A stretch of DNA of 64,000 nucleotides from Christensenella sp. (lineage in GTDB: Bacteria > Bacillota > Clostridia > Christensenellales > CAG-138): positions 34,224-98,223 of the forward strand of contig JAYFPQ010000017.1 in the NCBI GenBank assembly GCA_034927595.1, read 5' to 3'. The position numbers were made by a program, and so were the translations under genes. Positions 9,370-17,917 of the stretch are shown one piece after another (the first letter of the stretch is position 1; each line of letters starts with the position of its first letter). Under the pieces are notes generated by a model. The model made no database searches and was not told where the DNA came from. It saw nothing but the letters and a program-made list of their open reading frames with translations.

Positions 9370-9695
9370 GTGCGTTTTCCCTCAACAATCTGTTTTCCGT
9401 TGGAAAGCAGTTCTTCCAGCCGCGTGATTTCGTCGCGGCAGACCTGTTTTCCCAACTCGGTGATTACATATTCCTTCTTGCGCGAGTCTTGCTCGCCGGG
9501 GCGCGCCTCGATCCAGCGTTTCTCCAGCAGCGTGGTAATTGCGCCATAGAGCGTGCCCGCGCCCAATACGACGCGGTCGTGGCTGAGTTCTCGAATGTTC
9601 TGCATCATGCGGTAGCCGTGCATCGGCGTATAGAGCGATAGCAGTATGTAGAAGACCGCTTCAGTCAGCGCACCGCGTTCGGAACTTTCCGGCAT
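9366..9695 (-). CDS. PadR family transcriptional regulator
   Basis: Track ORF is 9366..9779 (137 aa). Its first ~28 codons overlap a consensus promoter, so they are probably not coding. The ATG at 9695 lies 9 nt after AGGAG (9709..9705). The resulting 109-aa product (TEAVFYILLSL..HGYRMMQ..LYGAITTLLEKRWIE) has the typical PadR winged helix and length. Confidence 0.8.
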   Translation of the reverse strand: MPESSERGALTEAVFYILLSLYTPMHGYRMMQNIRELSHDRVVLGAGTLYGAITTLLEKRWIEARPGEQDSRKKEYVITELGKQVCRDEITRLEELLSNGKQIVEGKRT

Positions 9696-9750
9696 TTTCA
9701 TCATCTCCTGATAATTAATACGCTTAGCGATATATCGGTTAACGTAATAG

Positions 9751-9779
9751 ATTATATCGGCATGCGATATAGTTGTCAA
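9751..9779 (-). promoter_or_regulatory. consensus sigma-70-type promoter for the padR-DUF2812 operon with embedded palindromes
   Basis: On the minus strand: TTGACA (9779..9774), a 17-nt spacer, TATAAT (9756..9751). ATATCG-N5-CGATAT (9754..9770) spans the spacer and -10. CGATATATCG (9728..9737) lies just downstream. Confidence 0.6.
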
Positions 9780-9791
9780 GTAGTCATAGCT

Positions 9792-9823
9792 AAAAAAATA
9801 CCCCCGCTCACGAAGCAGGGGTA
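9792..9823 (-). terminator. rho-independent terminator downstream of the LysM gene
   Basis: Minus strand reads TACCCCTGC-TTCGTGA-GCGGGGGTA followed by TTTTTTT. Confidence 0.65.
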
Positions 9824-9844
9824 AATCGTCTACGATGGAAGAAA

Positions 9845-10165
9845 TCAGCGGTAATCCGGCACTTTGAGCACCGTTCCAACATGAATCAGGTTGGGGTCTT
9901 TGATCGAAGGATTCGCTTTTGTGATGTCCGCGACGGTGGTTTTAAACATCTTGGCAATCTTCGAGAGCGAATCGCCGGGAACGACGGTATAACTGGCGTA
10001 CTTCGACGGCGCCGGTTTCGTTACCGGGATATTTAGTTCCCAGCCGATCTCAATATGGCCGGGGTCCTTAATCTTCGGGTTGAGTTTGATGATTTCCTGT
10101 TACGTCGTTTTGTATTTCGCCGCGATTTTCAGCAGGGTATCACCCTTGACAACGTTGTGTACCAT
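9845..10165 (-). pseudogene. two-LysM-domain protein gene interrupted by one in-frame TAA (codon 22)
   Basis: Hand translation of the minus strand gives MVHNVVKGDTLLKIAAKYKTT*QEIIKLNPKIKDPGHIEIGWELNIPVTKPAPSKYASYTVVPGDSLSKIAKMFKTTVADITKANPSIKDPNLIHVGTVLKVPDYR*. Both halves match the LysM consensus. The stop is at 10102..10100. A good RBS (AAGGAGGG) and a terminator are retained. It is missing from the ORF track because both pieces are under 60 aa. Confidence 0.75.
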
Positions 10166-10370
10166 TACAACAAAACCCTCCTTCAATAAATTGCTTTCCT
10201 CACTACGTTTGGATTGTTCAATCAAGTAAACTGTGTTTCACGAGAAATGTCTGTCTGAATTATACAATGGGAATAAACCATGTCGCAATAGATAGATGGA
10301 TGATAGTACCAGAAAGAAAAGTGTTTCGATTTTGGATTTGCTTTTTCACGTAGTTGTGCTATCATGATTT

Positions 10371-10385
10371 CGTTCGTAGGGCGAA
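10371..10385. promoter_or_regulatory. palindrome GTTCGTAGGGCGAAC (copy 1), candidate MarR/FabT-like operator or leader hairpin
   Basis: It extends to a 7-5-7 inverted repeat (TCGTTCG-TAGGG-CGAACGA) followed by ATTTTTTT. It lies about 40 nt upstream of the MarR start. A near-identical copy sits at 11163..11177. Confidence 0.5.
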
Positions 10386-10423
10386 CGATTTTTTTACGCG
10401 AGCTTGGAGAGGAAGTTACACCC

Positions 10424-10873
10424 ATGACCGATCAGGAGATTGAACTGCTGCTGAATCAGGCACTCAAGGATATGTTCTATAGCGTGCTGAGATTGCAGGA
10501 GCAGAGCGTTTCGAAGCTGGCAAAGGGAAACCTGAGCCGAACGGAGATGCACGCGCTGGAGATTGTTCAGGATCTTCCGGAGGCGACGCTTACGCAGATT
10601 TCGGATATTCTCGGCATCACGAAGGCGACGCTGAGCGTCTCCGTGAACCGTCTCGTCGAGAAGGGGTTCCTGCAAAAGCACCGCTCCGAAACGGACGGGC
10701 GAAAGAGCATTCTGCGGCTGACCGAAACCGGCGAGGCAATGTGCAAAAAGCATACCCAGTTTCACGACATGCTCATTCACAGCGTGTTGCGGGATTTCAA
10801 GGTTGCAGAGTATCCCGAGGTGCTTAAATCGATGCAGGCGCTTGTGAACTTTTTCAACCACCTGCGTGTGTGA
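10424..10873 (+). CDS. MarR family transcriptional regulator (FabT-like by position)
   Basis: Track ORF is 10364..10873. The ATG at 10424 follows a GGAGAGGAAG RBS. The winged HTH reads LSRTEMHALEIV..TLTQISDILGITKATLSVSVNRLVEKGFLQK. It sits directly upstream of the acc/fab operon. Confidence 0.8.
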   Translation: MTDQEIELLLNQALKDMFYSVLRLQEQSVSKLAKGNLSRTEMHALEIVQDLPEATLTQISDILGITKATLSVSVNRLVEKGFLQKHRSETDGRKSILRLTETGEAMCKKHTQFHDMLIHSVLRDFKVAEYPEVLKSMQALVNFFNHLRV

Positions 10874-11053
10874 TTCTGCATAACAAGCTCTTACATTCGG
10901 CTCTTCGTTTGCCGGAGATGAAATAGAAATCTCAAAGAAACAAGCGATTTTCTGGAGTTCGAACGAACCGGTCGATCGTTTCTTAACATAACAGAAGAAC
11001 CAGTATATAAAAACCACAACTTCACATTTCACTGTCGGTAAACGGCCATAGCC

Positions 11054-11082
11054 TTGACAAGCGAAAACCCGCGTGCTATGAT
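11054..11082 (+). promoter_or_regulatory. candidate promoter of the acc-fab operon
   Basis: TTGACA (11054..11059), a 17-nt spacer ending in TGC (extended -10), then TATGAT (11077..11082). Confidence 0.55.
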
Positions 11083-11091
11083 TCTGCGCAA

Positions 11092-11110
11092 GTTAGTTAG
11101 CACTACTAAC
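11092..11110. promoter_or_regulatory. inverted repeat GTTAGT-N7-ACTAAC at the predicted transcription start
   Basis: 6-bp arms are perfectly complementary. It lies immediately downstream of the -10 hexamer. Confidence 0.45.
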
Positions 11111-11162
11111 GATAAGCGGGGGATCATTTTTTTATTATTTCCGCAAGTCGTTTACCCAAATA

Positions 11163-11177
11163 GTTCGTAGTGCGAAC
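11163..11177. promoter_or_regulatory. palindrome GTTCGTAGTGCGAAC (copy 2)
   Basis: Identical to 10371..10385 at 14 of 15 positions. It lies about 45 nt upstream of the accB start. Confidence 0.5.
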
Positions 11178-11222
11178 GAAACGCGGACTTATACTTTTTT
11201 ATATCCGAAAGGAACCCATTGA

Positions 11223-11639
11223 ATGGAACTTGACACAATCTTCCGGTTGATGGACCGAGCGGAATCCTCGTCTTTCTCGAAGGTTGAAGTGCAAATGGGC
11301 GATCTGAGGTTGGTGTTGGAACGGGGCGCTTTGGCGTCCGCGCCGGCATTTGCTCCTGTGCCCGCAGCGACCCCGGAACCGGCCGAACCGAAGGAACTGG
11401 ACGCGATTCGCTCGCCCATCTCCGGCGTGTTTTACCTGGCCAAGGAACCCGGCGCGGAGCCGTTTGTTCAACCGGGCAGCCGCGTGAGTAAGGGCGACAC
11501 CCTCTGCATCATCGAAGCCATGAAGACGATGAACGAGATTCGCGCACCGCGTGCGGGCGTTGTTACCGCCATTCTCGCCAAGGACAGCGCAACGGTCACC
11601 GCCGGGGATCCGCTCTTTGCGCTCGGCGAAGGAAACTGA
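11223..11639 (+). CDS. accB: acetyl-CoA carboxylase biotin carboxyl carrier protein
   Basis: 138 aa. A Pro/Ala linker is followed by the biotinyl-lysine motif CIIEAMKTMNEI. Confidence 0.9.
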   Translation: MELDTIFRLMDRAESSSFSKVEVQMGDLRLVLERGALASAPAFAPVPAATPEPAEPKELDAIRSPISGVFYLAKEPGAEPFVQPGSRVSKGDTLCIIEAMKTMNEIRAPRAGVVTAILAKDSATVTAGDPLFALGEGN

Positions 11640-11641
11640 AC

Positions 11642-13003
11642 ATGCAGACCGTATTAGTGGACAACCGCGGCGAAATCGCGGTTCGCGTGATTCGCACCTG
11701 CAAAAAACTGGGACTACGTACCATCGCCGTCTACTCGGAAAACGACGAGGGCGGTCTTCCCGTGCGCCTTGCGGACGAGAGCGTCTGCATCGGCCCGCGC
11801 CCGGCGGAGAAGAGCTATCTCAACATCGACAGCATCCTCGCCGCGGCGAAAGCCTACCGCGCGGATCTGATTCACCCCGGCGTCGGCTTTCTCTCGGAGA
11901 ACGAGGCGTTCGCGCTAGCCTGCGCAGAGGCGGGGATTCGCTTCATCGGCCCCGCGCCGGAGACCATGCTGCTGCTTGGCGACAAGCAGATGGCGCGAAA
12001 GACGATGATTTCTAACGGCTTTCCCGTTGTTCCCGGTTCGGACGGCACGGTGGACAGCCTGAAGGAAGCGCTCGTCATTGCCAAGGCGATTGGCTTTCCG
12101 CTGATGATCAAGGCGGCACGCGGCGGCGGCGGAAAGGGAATCCGCGTCGTCGAAGATGCTTCCGCGCTCGAACGGGAGTATACGCTGGTGCGCCGCGAGG
12201 CGGAGCTGGCGTTTGGCGACGGCAGCGTTTATCTGGAAGCGTACTTGCCCAACGCAAGACACATTGAGGTGCAGATTCTGGCGGACATGCACGGAAACGT
12301 GCTCCACCTCGGCACGCGCGAATGCACCCTGCAACGAAAGAACCAGAAGCTGCTCGAGGAAGCGCCCGCCGCGAACATCGGCGACGCGACGCGCGCGGCC
12401 ATGGAGCAGACCGCGGTGGAGATTGCCCGCTGCGTCGGGTACCAGAACGCGGGTACGGTGGAATGTCTGCTGGCGCAGGACGGGCGTTTCTTCTTTATGG
12501 AGATGAACGCCCGCATTCAGGTGGAACACCCCGTGACGGAGAGCATCTTCGGAATCGATCTGATCAAGGCGCAGATTCAGGTTGCCTTGTCGCACCATAT
12601 TCGCGTTTCACAGGAGCAACTCGTGTCCCGCGGGCACGCGATAGAGTGCCGCATCAACGCGGAGTGCCCCGCCGAGCAGTTCCGGCCTTCGCCGGGCGTG
12701 CTGCTAAACGTGGTGCTGCCGGGCGGACAGGGAATCCGCGTCGACAGCGGCTACGTGGTGGGGGACGAGATTTCGCCATTCTATGATTCCATGGTGCTCA
12801 AACTGATTGCTACGGGGGACGACCGCGACGAGGCGATTCGCCTCAGCAGCGCGGCGCTTTCGGAACTGCGCATCGACGGCATTCTCCACAACGCGGAGTT
12901 TGCGCGCGCCATGCTGGCCGATCCGGACGTGCGCGCGGGCAAGGTGCACACCAAGTGGATTGAAGAGGTCTTTCTGGACCGCTATCTGAGGGCAAGAGTA
13001 TGA
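11642..13003 (+). CDS. accC: acetyl-CoA carboxylase biotin carboxylase
   Basis: 453 aa. Motifs: NRGEIAVRVIRTCKKLG, GGGGKGIRVV, ARIQVEHPVTE. Starts 2 nt after accB. Confidence 0.92.
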   Translation: MQTVLVDNRGEIAVRVIRTCKKLGLRTIAVYSENDEGGLPVRLADESVCIGPRPAEKSYLNIDSILAAAKAYRADLIHPGVGFLSENEAFALACAEAGIRFIGPAPETMLLLGDKQMARKTMISNGFPVVPGSDGTVDSLKEALVIAKAIGFPLMIKAARGGGGKGIRVVEDASALEREYTLVRREAELAFGDGSVYLEAYLPNARHIEVQILADMHGNVLHLGTRECTLQRKNQKLLEEAPAANIGDATRAAMEQTAVEIARCVGYQNAGTVECLLAQDGRFFFMEMNARIQVEHPVTESIFGIDLIKAQIQVALSHHIRVSQEQLVSRGHAIECRINAECPAEQFRPSPGVLLNVVLPGGQGIRVDSGYVVGDEISPFYDSMVLKLIATGDDRDEAIRLSSAALSELRIDGILHNAEFARAMLADPDVRAGKVHTKWIEEVFLDRYLRARV

Positions 13004-13052
13004 ATCTGTTTATGAAAGAATTGATCTCCGATCTGTTTCGGAGGATAAAATC

Positions 13053-13937
13053 ATGAATCTTTTTTCGGAAGAACTCAACACGCTCGTAACCCCGGAGCCG
13101 GAAGCGGCGGCAAGCCCGCTGGACATGCTCCGCTGCGGCGGCTGCGGCCGCGAGATGGTTGCGGACGTGGTGCTCGCCGGGGACGCGACCTGCCCATATT
13201 GCGGCAATCTGTTTCGCCAGCCCGCCTATCGCCGCATTGAGGCGATTGTGGACAGCGGCAGCTTTATCGAAATTGAGCGCGAGGCGGAGGGCAGGGATCC
13301 GCTCTCATTTCCGGGTTATAAGACCAAGATTGAGAAAGAACGCATGAAGTCCAAGATGCAGGAAGGGGTCGTCATTGGCAAGGCGACGATCAAGGGCCTG
13401 CGCACGGCGCTCGCCGTGATGGACTCGTACTTTATGATGTGCAGCATGGGCACCGTGGTTGGCGAAAAAATCGTGATTCTCGCGGAATTCGCGCTGACCA
13501 ACCGCCTGCCGCTCGTGATCTTCTGCGCGTCCGGCGGCGCGCGCATGCAGGAGGGGATTCTCTCGCTCATGCAGATGTCGCGCACGACCATTGCGCTTGC
13601 GCGGCACAGCGCGGCGGGACTGCTGCACGTGAACGTGCTCACGCATCCGACCACGGGCGGCGTGACCGCGAGCTTTGCCATGCAGGGGGACATCACACTC
13701 GCGGAGCCGGGCGCGCTGATTGGCTTTGCCGGGCCGCGCGTGATTGAACAGACCGTGCGCGACAAACTGCCGGAGGGGTTCCAGACGGCGGAATATCTCT
13801 TTGAGCACGGGCTCATCGACCGCATCGTCGAACGAAGGGACCTACGCGAAACGCTGGCGGCGCTGCTCGCGCTGCACAACGGCGACGGCTGCCCGAAAAC
13901 GTATGCAAGGGGGCTGTTTGAACATGGCGTCTCTTAA
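13053..13937 (+). CDS. accD: acetyl-CoA carboxylase carboxyltransferase beta subunit
   Basis: 294 aa. An N-terminal Zn-ribbon (CGGCG...CPYCG) precedes the carboxyltransferase core (GSMGTVVGEK...SGGARMQEG). Confidence 0.9.
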   Translation: MNLFSEELNTLVTPEPEAAASPLDMLRCGGCGREMVADVVLAGDATCPYCGNLFRQPAYRRIEAIVDSGSFIEIEREAEGRDPLSFPGYKTKIEKERMKSKMQEGVVIGKATIKGLRTALAVMDSYFMMCSMGTVVGEKIVILAEFALTNRLPLVIFCASGGARMQEGILSLMQMSRTTIALARHSAAGLLHVNVLTHPTTGGVTASFAMQGDITLAEPGALIGFAGPRVIEQTVRDKLPEGFQTAEYLFEHGLIDRIVERRDLRETLAALLALHNGDGCPKTYARGLFEHGVS

Positions 13938-14760
13938 AAAGATGGAAACAACTCCAACCGTCGAGCCGATGGAACCCGCTTGGGAGCGCGTGATGAACGC
14001 GCGCAAGGAGGATCGCCCGCAGGCGCGGGACTATATGGAGAAGCTCTTTCACGGCGTATTCGAGGTAAAGGGCGACCAGTGCATGGGGGATGACGAGGCA
14101 ATCATCACCGCGATTGCCTGGTTTGAAACATTCCCAGTGACCGTGATCGGCCAGCAAAAGGGACATACCCTCGAGGAGCGCATGCGCTGCAACTTCGGCA
14201 TGCCCTCGCCGGAAGGGTACCGAAAGTCCATGCGCGCGCTCAAGCAGGCGGAGAAATTCCAGCGCCCCGTCATCTGCCTCGTCGATACGCCGGGCGCGTT
14301 TTGCGGCGTGGAGGCGGAGGCAAAGGGGCAGGGGCGCGTAATTGCGGAGCACCTCCGCGCGATGGCGACCGTGAAAACACCTTGCATCTCAATCATCATT
14401 GGCGAAGGCGGCAGCGGCGGCGCGCTCGCGCTGTCCCTTTCGGATCGACTGATCATGCTTGAGAACAGCTATTTTTCGGTCATTTCGCCGGAGGGCGCGG
14501 CTTCGATTCTGTTTAAGGACAGCTCGATGGCCTCCGAAGCGGCGAAGAATCTGAAACTGACCGCAAGTGACCTCAAGGGTTTTCATTTAGTGGACGCGGT
14601 GATTCGCGAACAGAGCGGATTTTCGCGTACACAGATGGACGAAAGTGTAGACGAAATTCGAAAGGCGATTCGCGTCGCGCTCAAGCGCCTGACGCGCATT
14701 CCGCCCGACCGGCTGGTGGAAAACCGCCAGCAGAAATTCCTGAATATGAGGGGGTTCTAA
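13924..14760 (+). CDS. accA: acetyl-CoA carboxylase carboxyltransferase alpha subunit
   Basis: Track ORF is 13744..14760, but its first 60 codons are an alternative frame of accD. The ATG at 13924 (MASLKKME...) overlaps the accD end by 14 nt. Motifs: VDTPGAFCG, EGGSGGALAL. Confidence 0.88.
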   Translation: MASLKKMETTPTVEPMEPAWERVMNARKEDRPQARDYMEKLFHGVFEVKGDQCMGDDEAIITAIAWFETFPVTVIGQQKGHTLEERMRCNFGMPSPEGYRKSMRALKQAEKFQRPVICLVDTPGAFCGVEAEAKGQGRVIAEHLRAMATVKTPCISIIIGEGGSGGALALSLSDRLIMLENSYFSVISPEGAASILFKDSSMASEAAKNLKLTASDLKGFHLVDAVIREQSGFSRTQMDESVDEIRKAIRVALKRLTRIPPDRLVENRQQKFLNMRGF

Positions 14761-15750
14761 TTGTTGGCGAACGTAACGATTGCTGGCGTTGCCAGTTCGA
14801 TCCCGAAAAAAGTCGTAACGAATACGGAACTGGAGTCGCTGGTGGAAACGAGCGACGAATGGATCACGAAGCGCACGGGCATCCGCACGCGCCATATCGC
14901 GGTGGAGGAAACGGCGGTTGGGATGGCGGCCGATTCCGCGGCAAAGGCACTGGCAATGTCCGGCGTACCCAAGGAATCCATTGGACTCATCGTCGCCTGC
15001 ACGATCACCGGCGAGGACCTCACGCCTTCCATGGCGAGCAGCGTGCAAAAGGCGCTCGGTATTTCGACCTGTGCGGCGTTTGACGTTTCCGCCGGATGCA
15101 CCGGGTTCATCTACGCGCTGGTCACCGCCGCGTCGCTGATGGATACGCTGGACGTGGAGACGGCAATCGTCGTTGCGAGCGAGAAAATGTCGAACTATAC
15201 GGACTGGAGCGACCGCTCCACCTGCGTGCTCTTTGGGGACGGCGCGGGCGCGGTGGTGCTGAGACGCAGCGATACGCCGCGCGTGCAGTTTCCAATTTTG
15301 AACGCGGCGCCGGATACGGGCGACGTGATCGTGCTGAAAAAGGACCCGCGCAGCACGCCGTTCTCGCCTACGGACGATACGGCAAAGGAGTACATCCGCA
15401 TGAAGGGCGCGGACGTGTTTACCTACGCGGTGGGCGTGCTCGAAGATACACTCAAGCGGCTCTACGCGCTCTGCGGGGACAAGCCGTTTACAAAGGTGAT
15501 TCCACATCAGGCGAACGAAAAGATCATCGATTACGTAATGCGGACGATGAGCATGAGCCGTGATGCGTTCTTTCTCAACATCGCGAACTACGCAAATACC
15601 TCCTCCGCGACGATTCCGATCGCGCTGTGCGACGCCTGGGAGGCCGGCTGGCTTCGGCGCGGGGATCGCGTTGCGCTCGCCGGGTTCGGCTCCGGACTCA
15701 CGAGCGGCGGCGTGGTAATCGACTGGGATCTGCCGGACAAAACCAAGTAA
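14761..15750 (+). CDS. fabH: 3-oxoacyl-ACP synthase III
   Basis: 329 aa with a TTG start immediately after the accA stop. Catalytic Cys in SAGCTGFIYAL, His in IPHQAN, Asn in NYANTSSATIP. Confidence 0.9.
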   Translation: MLANVTIAGVASSIPKKVVTNTELESLVETSDEWITKRTGIRTRHIAVEETAVGMAADSAAKALAMSGVPKESIGLIVACTITGEDLTPSMASSVQKALGISTCAAFDVSAGCTGFIYALVTAASLMDTLDVETAIVVASEKMSNYTDWSDRSTCVLFGDGAGAVVLRRSDTPRVQFPILNAAPDTGDVIVLKKDPRSTPFSPTDDTAKEYIRMKGADVFTYAVGVLEDTLKRLYALCGDKPFTKVIPHQANEKIIDYVMRTMSMSRDAFFLNIANYANTSSATIPIALCDAWEAGWLRRGDRVALAGFGSGLTSGGVVIDWDLPDKTK

Positions 15751-15805
15751 GAAACGAATTCTACCCAACCATCGATCAATATAAAATCAAAAGGAGAACT
15801 TATTT

Positions 15806-16033
15806 ATGCAGGAAATTATCATCAAGAATCTCATGGCGCAACTGGATCTGGAGCGGGACGCGATCAAGCCGGAGAGCCGGTTTGTCGAGGACTTCTCGAT
15901 GGACTCGCTGGACATGGTCGAAATGCTGATCGACCTCGAAAAGGAAACGGGCATTAAGGTACCCGTGGAGGAAGTCGGGGATATTCACACCGTCGGCGAG
16001 CTGATCAAGCACCTCGAGGGCAAGCAGGCATGA
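15806..16033 (+). CDS. acpP: acyl carrier protein
   Basis: 75 aa. Phosphopantetheine site DSLDMVEM. RBS AAAGGAGA. Confidence 0.9.
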   Translation: MQEIIIKNLMAQLDLERDAIKPESRFVEDFSMDSLDMVEMLIDLEKETGIKVPVEEVGDIHTVGELIKHLEGKQA

Positions 16034-16986
16034 AGTACGGCGGCACCATCTGTGCGCTGACGAAGACGCGGTTTCCGCTGATTCAGGGCGGCATGGCCTG
16101 GGTGTCCGACGCGAACCTCGCCGCCGCCGTCTCGATGGCGGGCGGTCTTGGCGTCATCGCCGCGGGCAACGCGCCGCCGGACTGGGTGGAAACGCAGATT
16201 CGGCTCCTGCGCGAAAAGACCGACCAGCCGTTCGGGCTCAACGTGATGCTGCTCAGCCCCTACGTTGCCGAGGTGGCCCAGCTGGCCGCCGATCTTCGGG
16301 TGCCGGTGGTCATTACGGGCGCGGGCAATCCGGACGCGTACATCGCGCGCTGGAAGGCGGCGGGCTGCGTGGTTGCGCCCGTGGTCGCGAGCCGCGCGCT
16401 CGCGCAGCTCATGGAGCGCATGGGCGCGGATTTCGTGATTGCGGAAGGCTGCGAAGCGGGCGGTCACATTGGCGAGCTCACCTCCATGGTGCTCTGGCCG
16501 GACATCGTGCGCAACGTGAAGATTCCGGTCGTTGCGGCGGGCGGCGTGTTCGACGCGGCAACGGTTGCGGCGGCGTTCACGCTCGGCGCAAAGGGCGTTC
16601 AGGTTGGCACGCGCTTCATTCTGGCCGAGGAGTGCACCGCGCACGCGGAGTATAAGGAACGCGTGATGCGCGCCAAGGACATCGACAGCAAGGTCACAGG
16701 GCGCATCACCGGCCACCCCGTGCGTGTGCTGCGTAGCCCCTTGCAGCGGGAGCTGGCGAGCGCCGAATATGAGCCGAACGGCTTGGCGCAAGTGGAAAAA
16801 CTCGGCGAAGGTTCGCTGATGCGCGCGGTGCTGCATGGCGACAAGGAGCGCGGCTCGTTCATGGCGGGACAGTGCGCCTGTATGGTGAACTGCATTCAAC
16901 CCGCCGCCGAGATCGTCCGCGAGCTCTTTGACGCGGACGGCATCCGCGCGGCGCTGGACGGTGCTTCGGTACTGTTGGAGGATTGA
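16030..16986 (+). CDS. fabK: enoyl-ACP reductase II (FMN-dependent, FabK type)
   Basis: 318 aa. NPD/nitronate-monooxygenase fold motifs: PLIQGGMAWVSDANLAAAVSMAGGLGVIA, AEGCEAGGHIG. ATGA overlap with acpP. Confidence 0.85.
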   Translation: MKYGGTICALTKTRFPLIQGGMAWVSDANLAAAVSMAGGLGVIAAGNAPPDWVETQIRLLREKTDQPFGLNVMLLSPYVAEVAQLAADLRVPVVITGAGNPDAYIARWKAAGCVVAPVVASRALAQLMERMGADFVIAEGCEAGGHIGELTSMVLWPDIVRNVKIPVVAAGGVFDAATVAAAFTLGAKGVQVGTRFILAEECTAHAEYKERVMRAKDIDSKVTGRITGHPVRVLRSPLQRELASAEYEPNGLAQVEKLGEGSLMRAVLHGDKERGSFMAGQCACMVNCIQPAAEIVRELFDADGIRAALDGASVLLED

Positions 16987-16987
16987 C

Positions 16988-17917
16988 ATGAAAACGGCGT
17001 TTTTATTTCCCGGCCAGGGCGCGCAGGCGGTCGGCATGGGAGCGGACTTATACGAATCATCAACTGTTTACCGGTCGATGTTTGACGCCTGTCAGGCGCA
17101 GACCGGACTGGACCTGAAAGCCGCCTGTTTCGAAGGCAAGGGCATGGACAACAGCGGCGTGATTCAGGCGGCGATCTATACCCACACCGTCTCGTTGCTG
17201 AACGTTGTTCAAGCGCAGGGCGTGGACGCGGACGTGTTTGCCGGGCTTTCGCTCGGCGAGTACAGCGCGCTTGCCGCGGCGGGCGTGCTCGACGCCGCGC
17301 GCGGCGCGGCGCTGGTGCGTCAGCGCGGCGAAATCATGGACGGCGCGGTGCCTCCCGGCACGGGCGGCATGCTTTCCGTCGTTGGCCTCACGCTGGAGCA
17401 GGTGGAAGCCTGCATCGTGACCTATGAACATGTCTATGTGTCGAACCATCTGAACGAAACGCAGACGGTGCTCGGCGGGCTGCTGCCGGAGCTGGAAGCG
17501 GTCAAACCCGTGTTGGAAGCGGCGGGCGCGCGGATGGTGTCGCTGCTTGCGATGAAGGGCCCCTCGCACTGCCCGCTGCTGAACGACGCGGCTGCTTGCT
17601 TTGGCTCCGTGCTCGAATCCGAGCGAATGGGGGCCGTCGGCAAAACGGTCTACAGCAACGTGCTTGGCGCGCCGTATCCGGCGGATGCGGACGTGCGCGC
17701 GCTGCTCTGCGAGCAGATGCGATCCCGCGTGCGCTGGCACGACTGCGTGGAGCATATGCTCAATGATGGCGTAACCCGCTTTGTCGAGATTGGCCCCGGC
17801 AACGTGCTGAGCAAGATGCTCAAGCGGCGCGTCGGGGCGGGCGTAGAGGTATATTCCGTATCCAACGCGGCCTCGCTGGACGCGTTCTTAAGCGCAATCG
17901 AAGGAGACGGCAAATGA
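16988..17917 (+). CDS. fabD: malonyl-CoA:ACP transacylase
   Basis: Track ORF is 16928..17917. The ATG at 16988 gives [13 protein letters not shown]. Active site is [10 protein letters not shown]. Confidence 0.9.
   Translation: MKTAFLFPGQGAQAVGMGADLYESSTVYRSMFDACQAQTGLDLKAACFEGKGMDNSGVIQAAIYTHTVSLLNVVQAQGVDADVFAGLSLGEYSALAAAGVLDAARGAALVRQRGEIMDGAVPPGTGGMLSVVGLTLEQVEACIVTYEHVYVSNHLNETQTVLGGLLPELEAVKPVLEAAGARMVSLLAMKGPSHCPLLNDAAACFGSVLESERMGAVGKTVYSNVLGAPYPADADVRALLCEQMRSRVRWHDCVEHMLNDGVTRFVEIGPGNVLSKMLKRRVGAGVEVYSVSNAASLDAFLSAIEGDGK

Noticed and set aside
13744-13923. N-terminal extensions of track ORFs: accA from 13744, fabD from 16928, permease from 22157, kinase from 57604, MarR from 10364, ABC ATPase from 20458, rpe from 61636.
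   Set aside because: The extensions overlap the preceding gene in another frame or cover promoter and leader DNA. They translate to Arg/Cys-rich nonsense. Internal ATG/TTG codons with good RBSs give family-typical N-termini.
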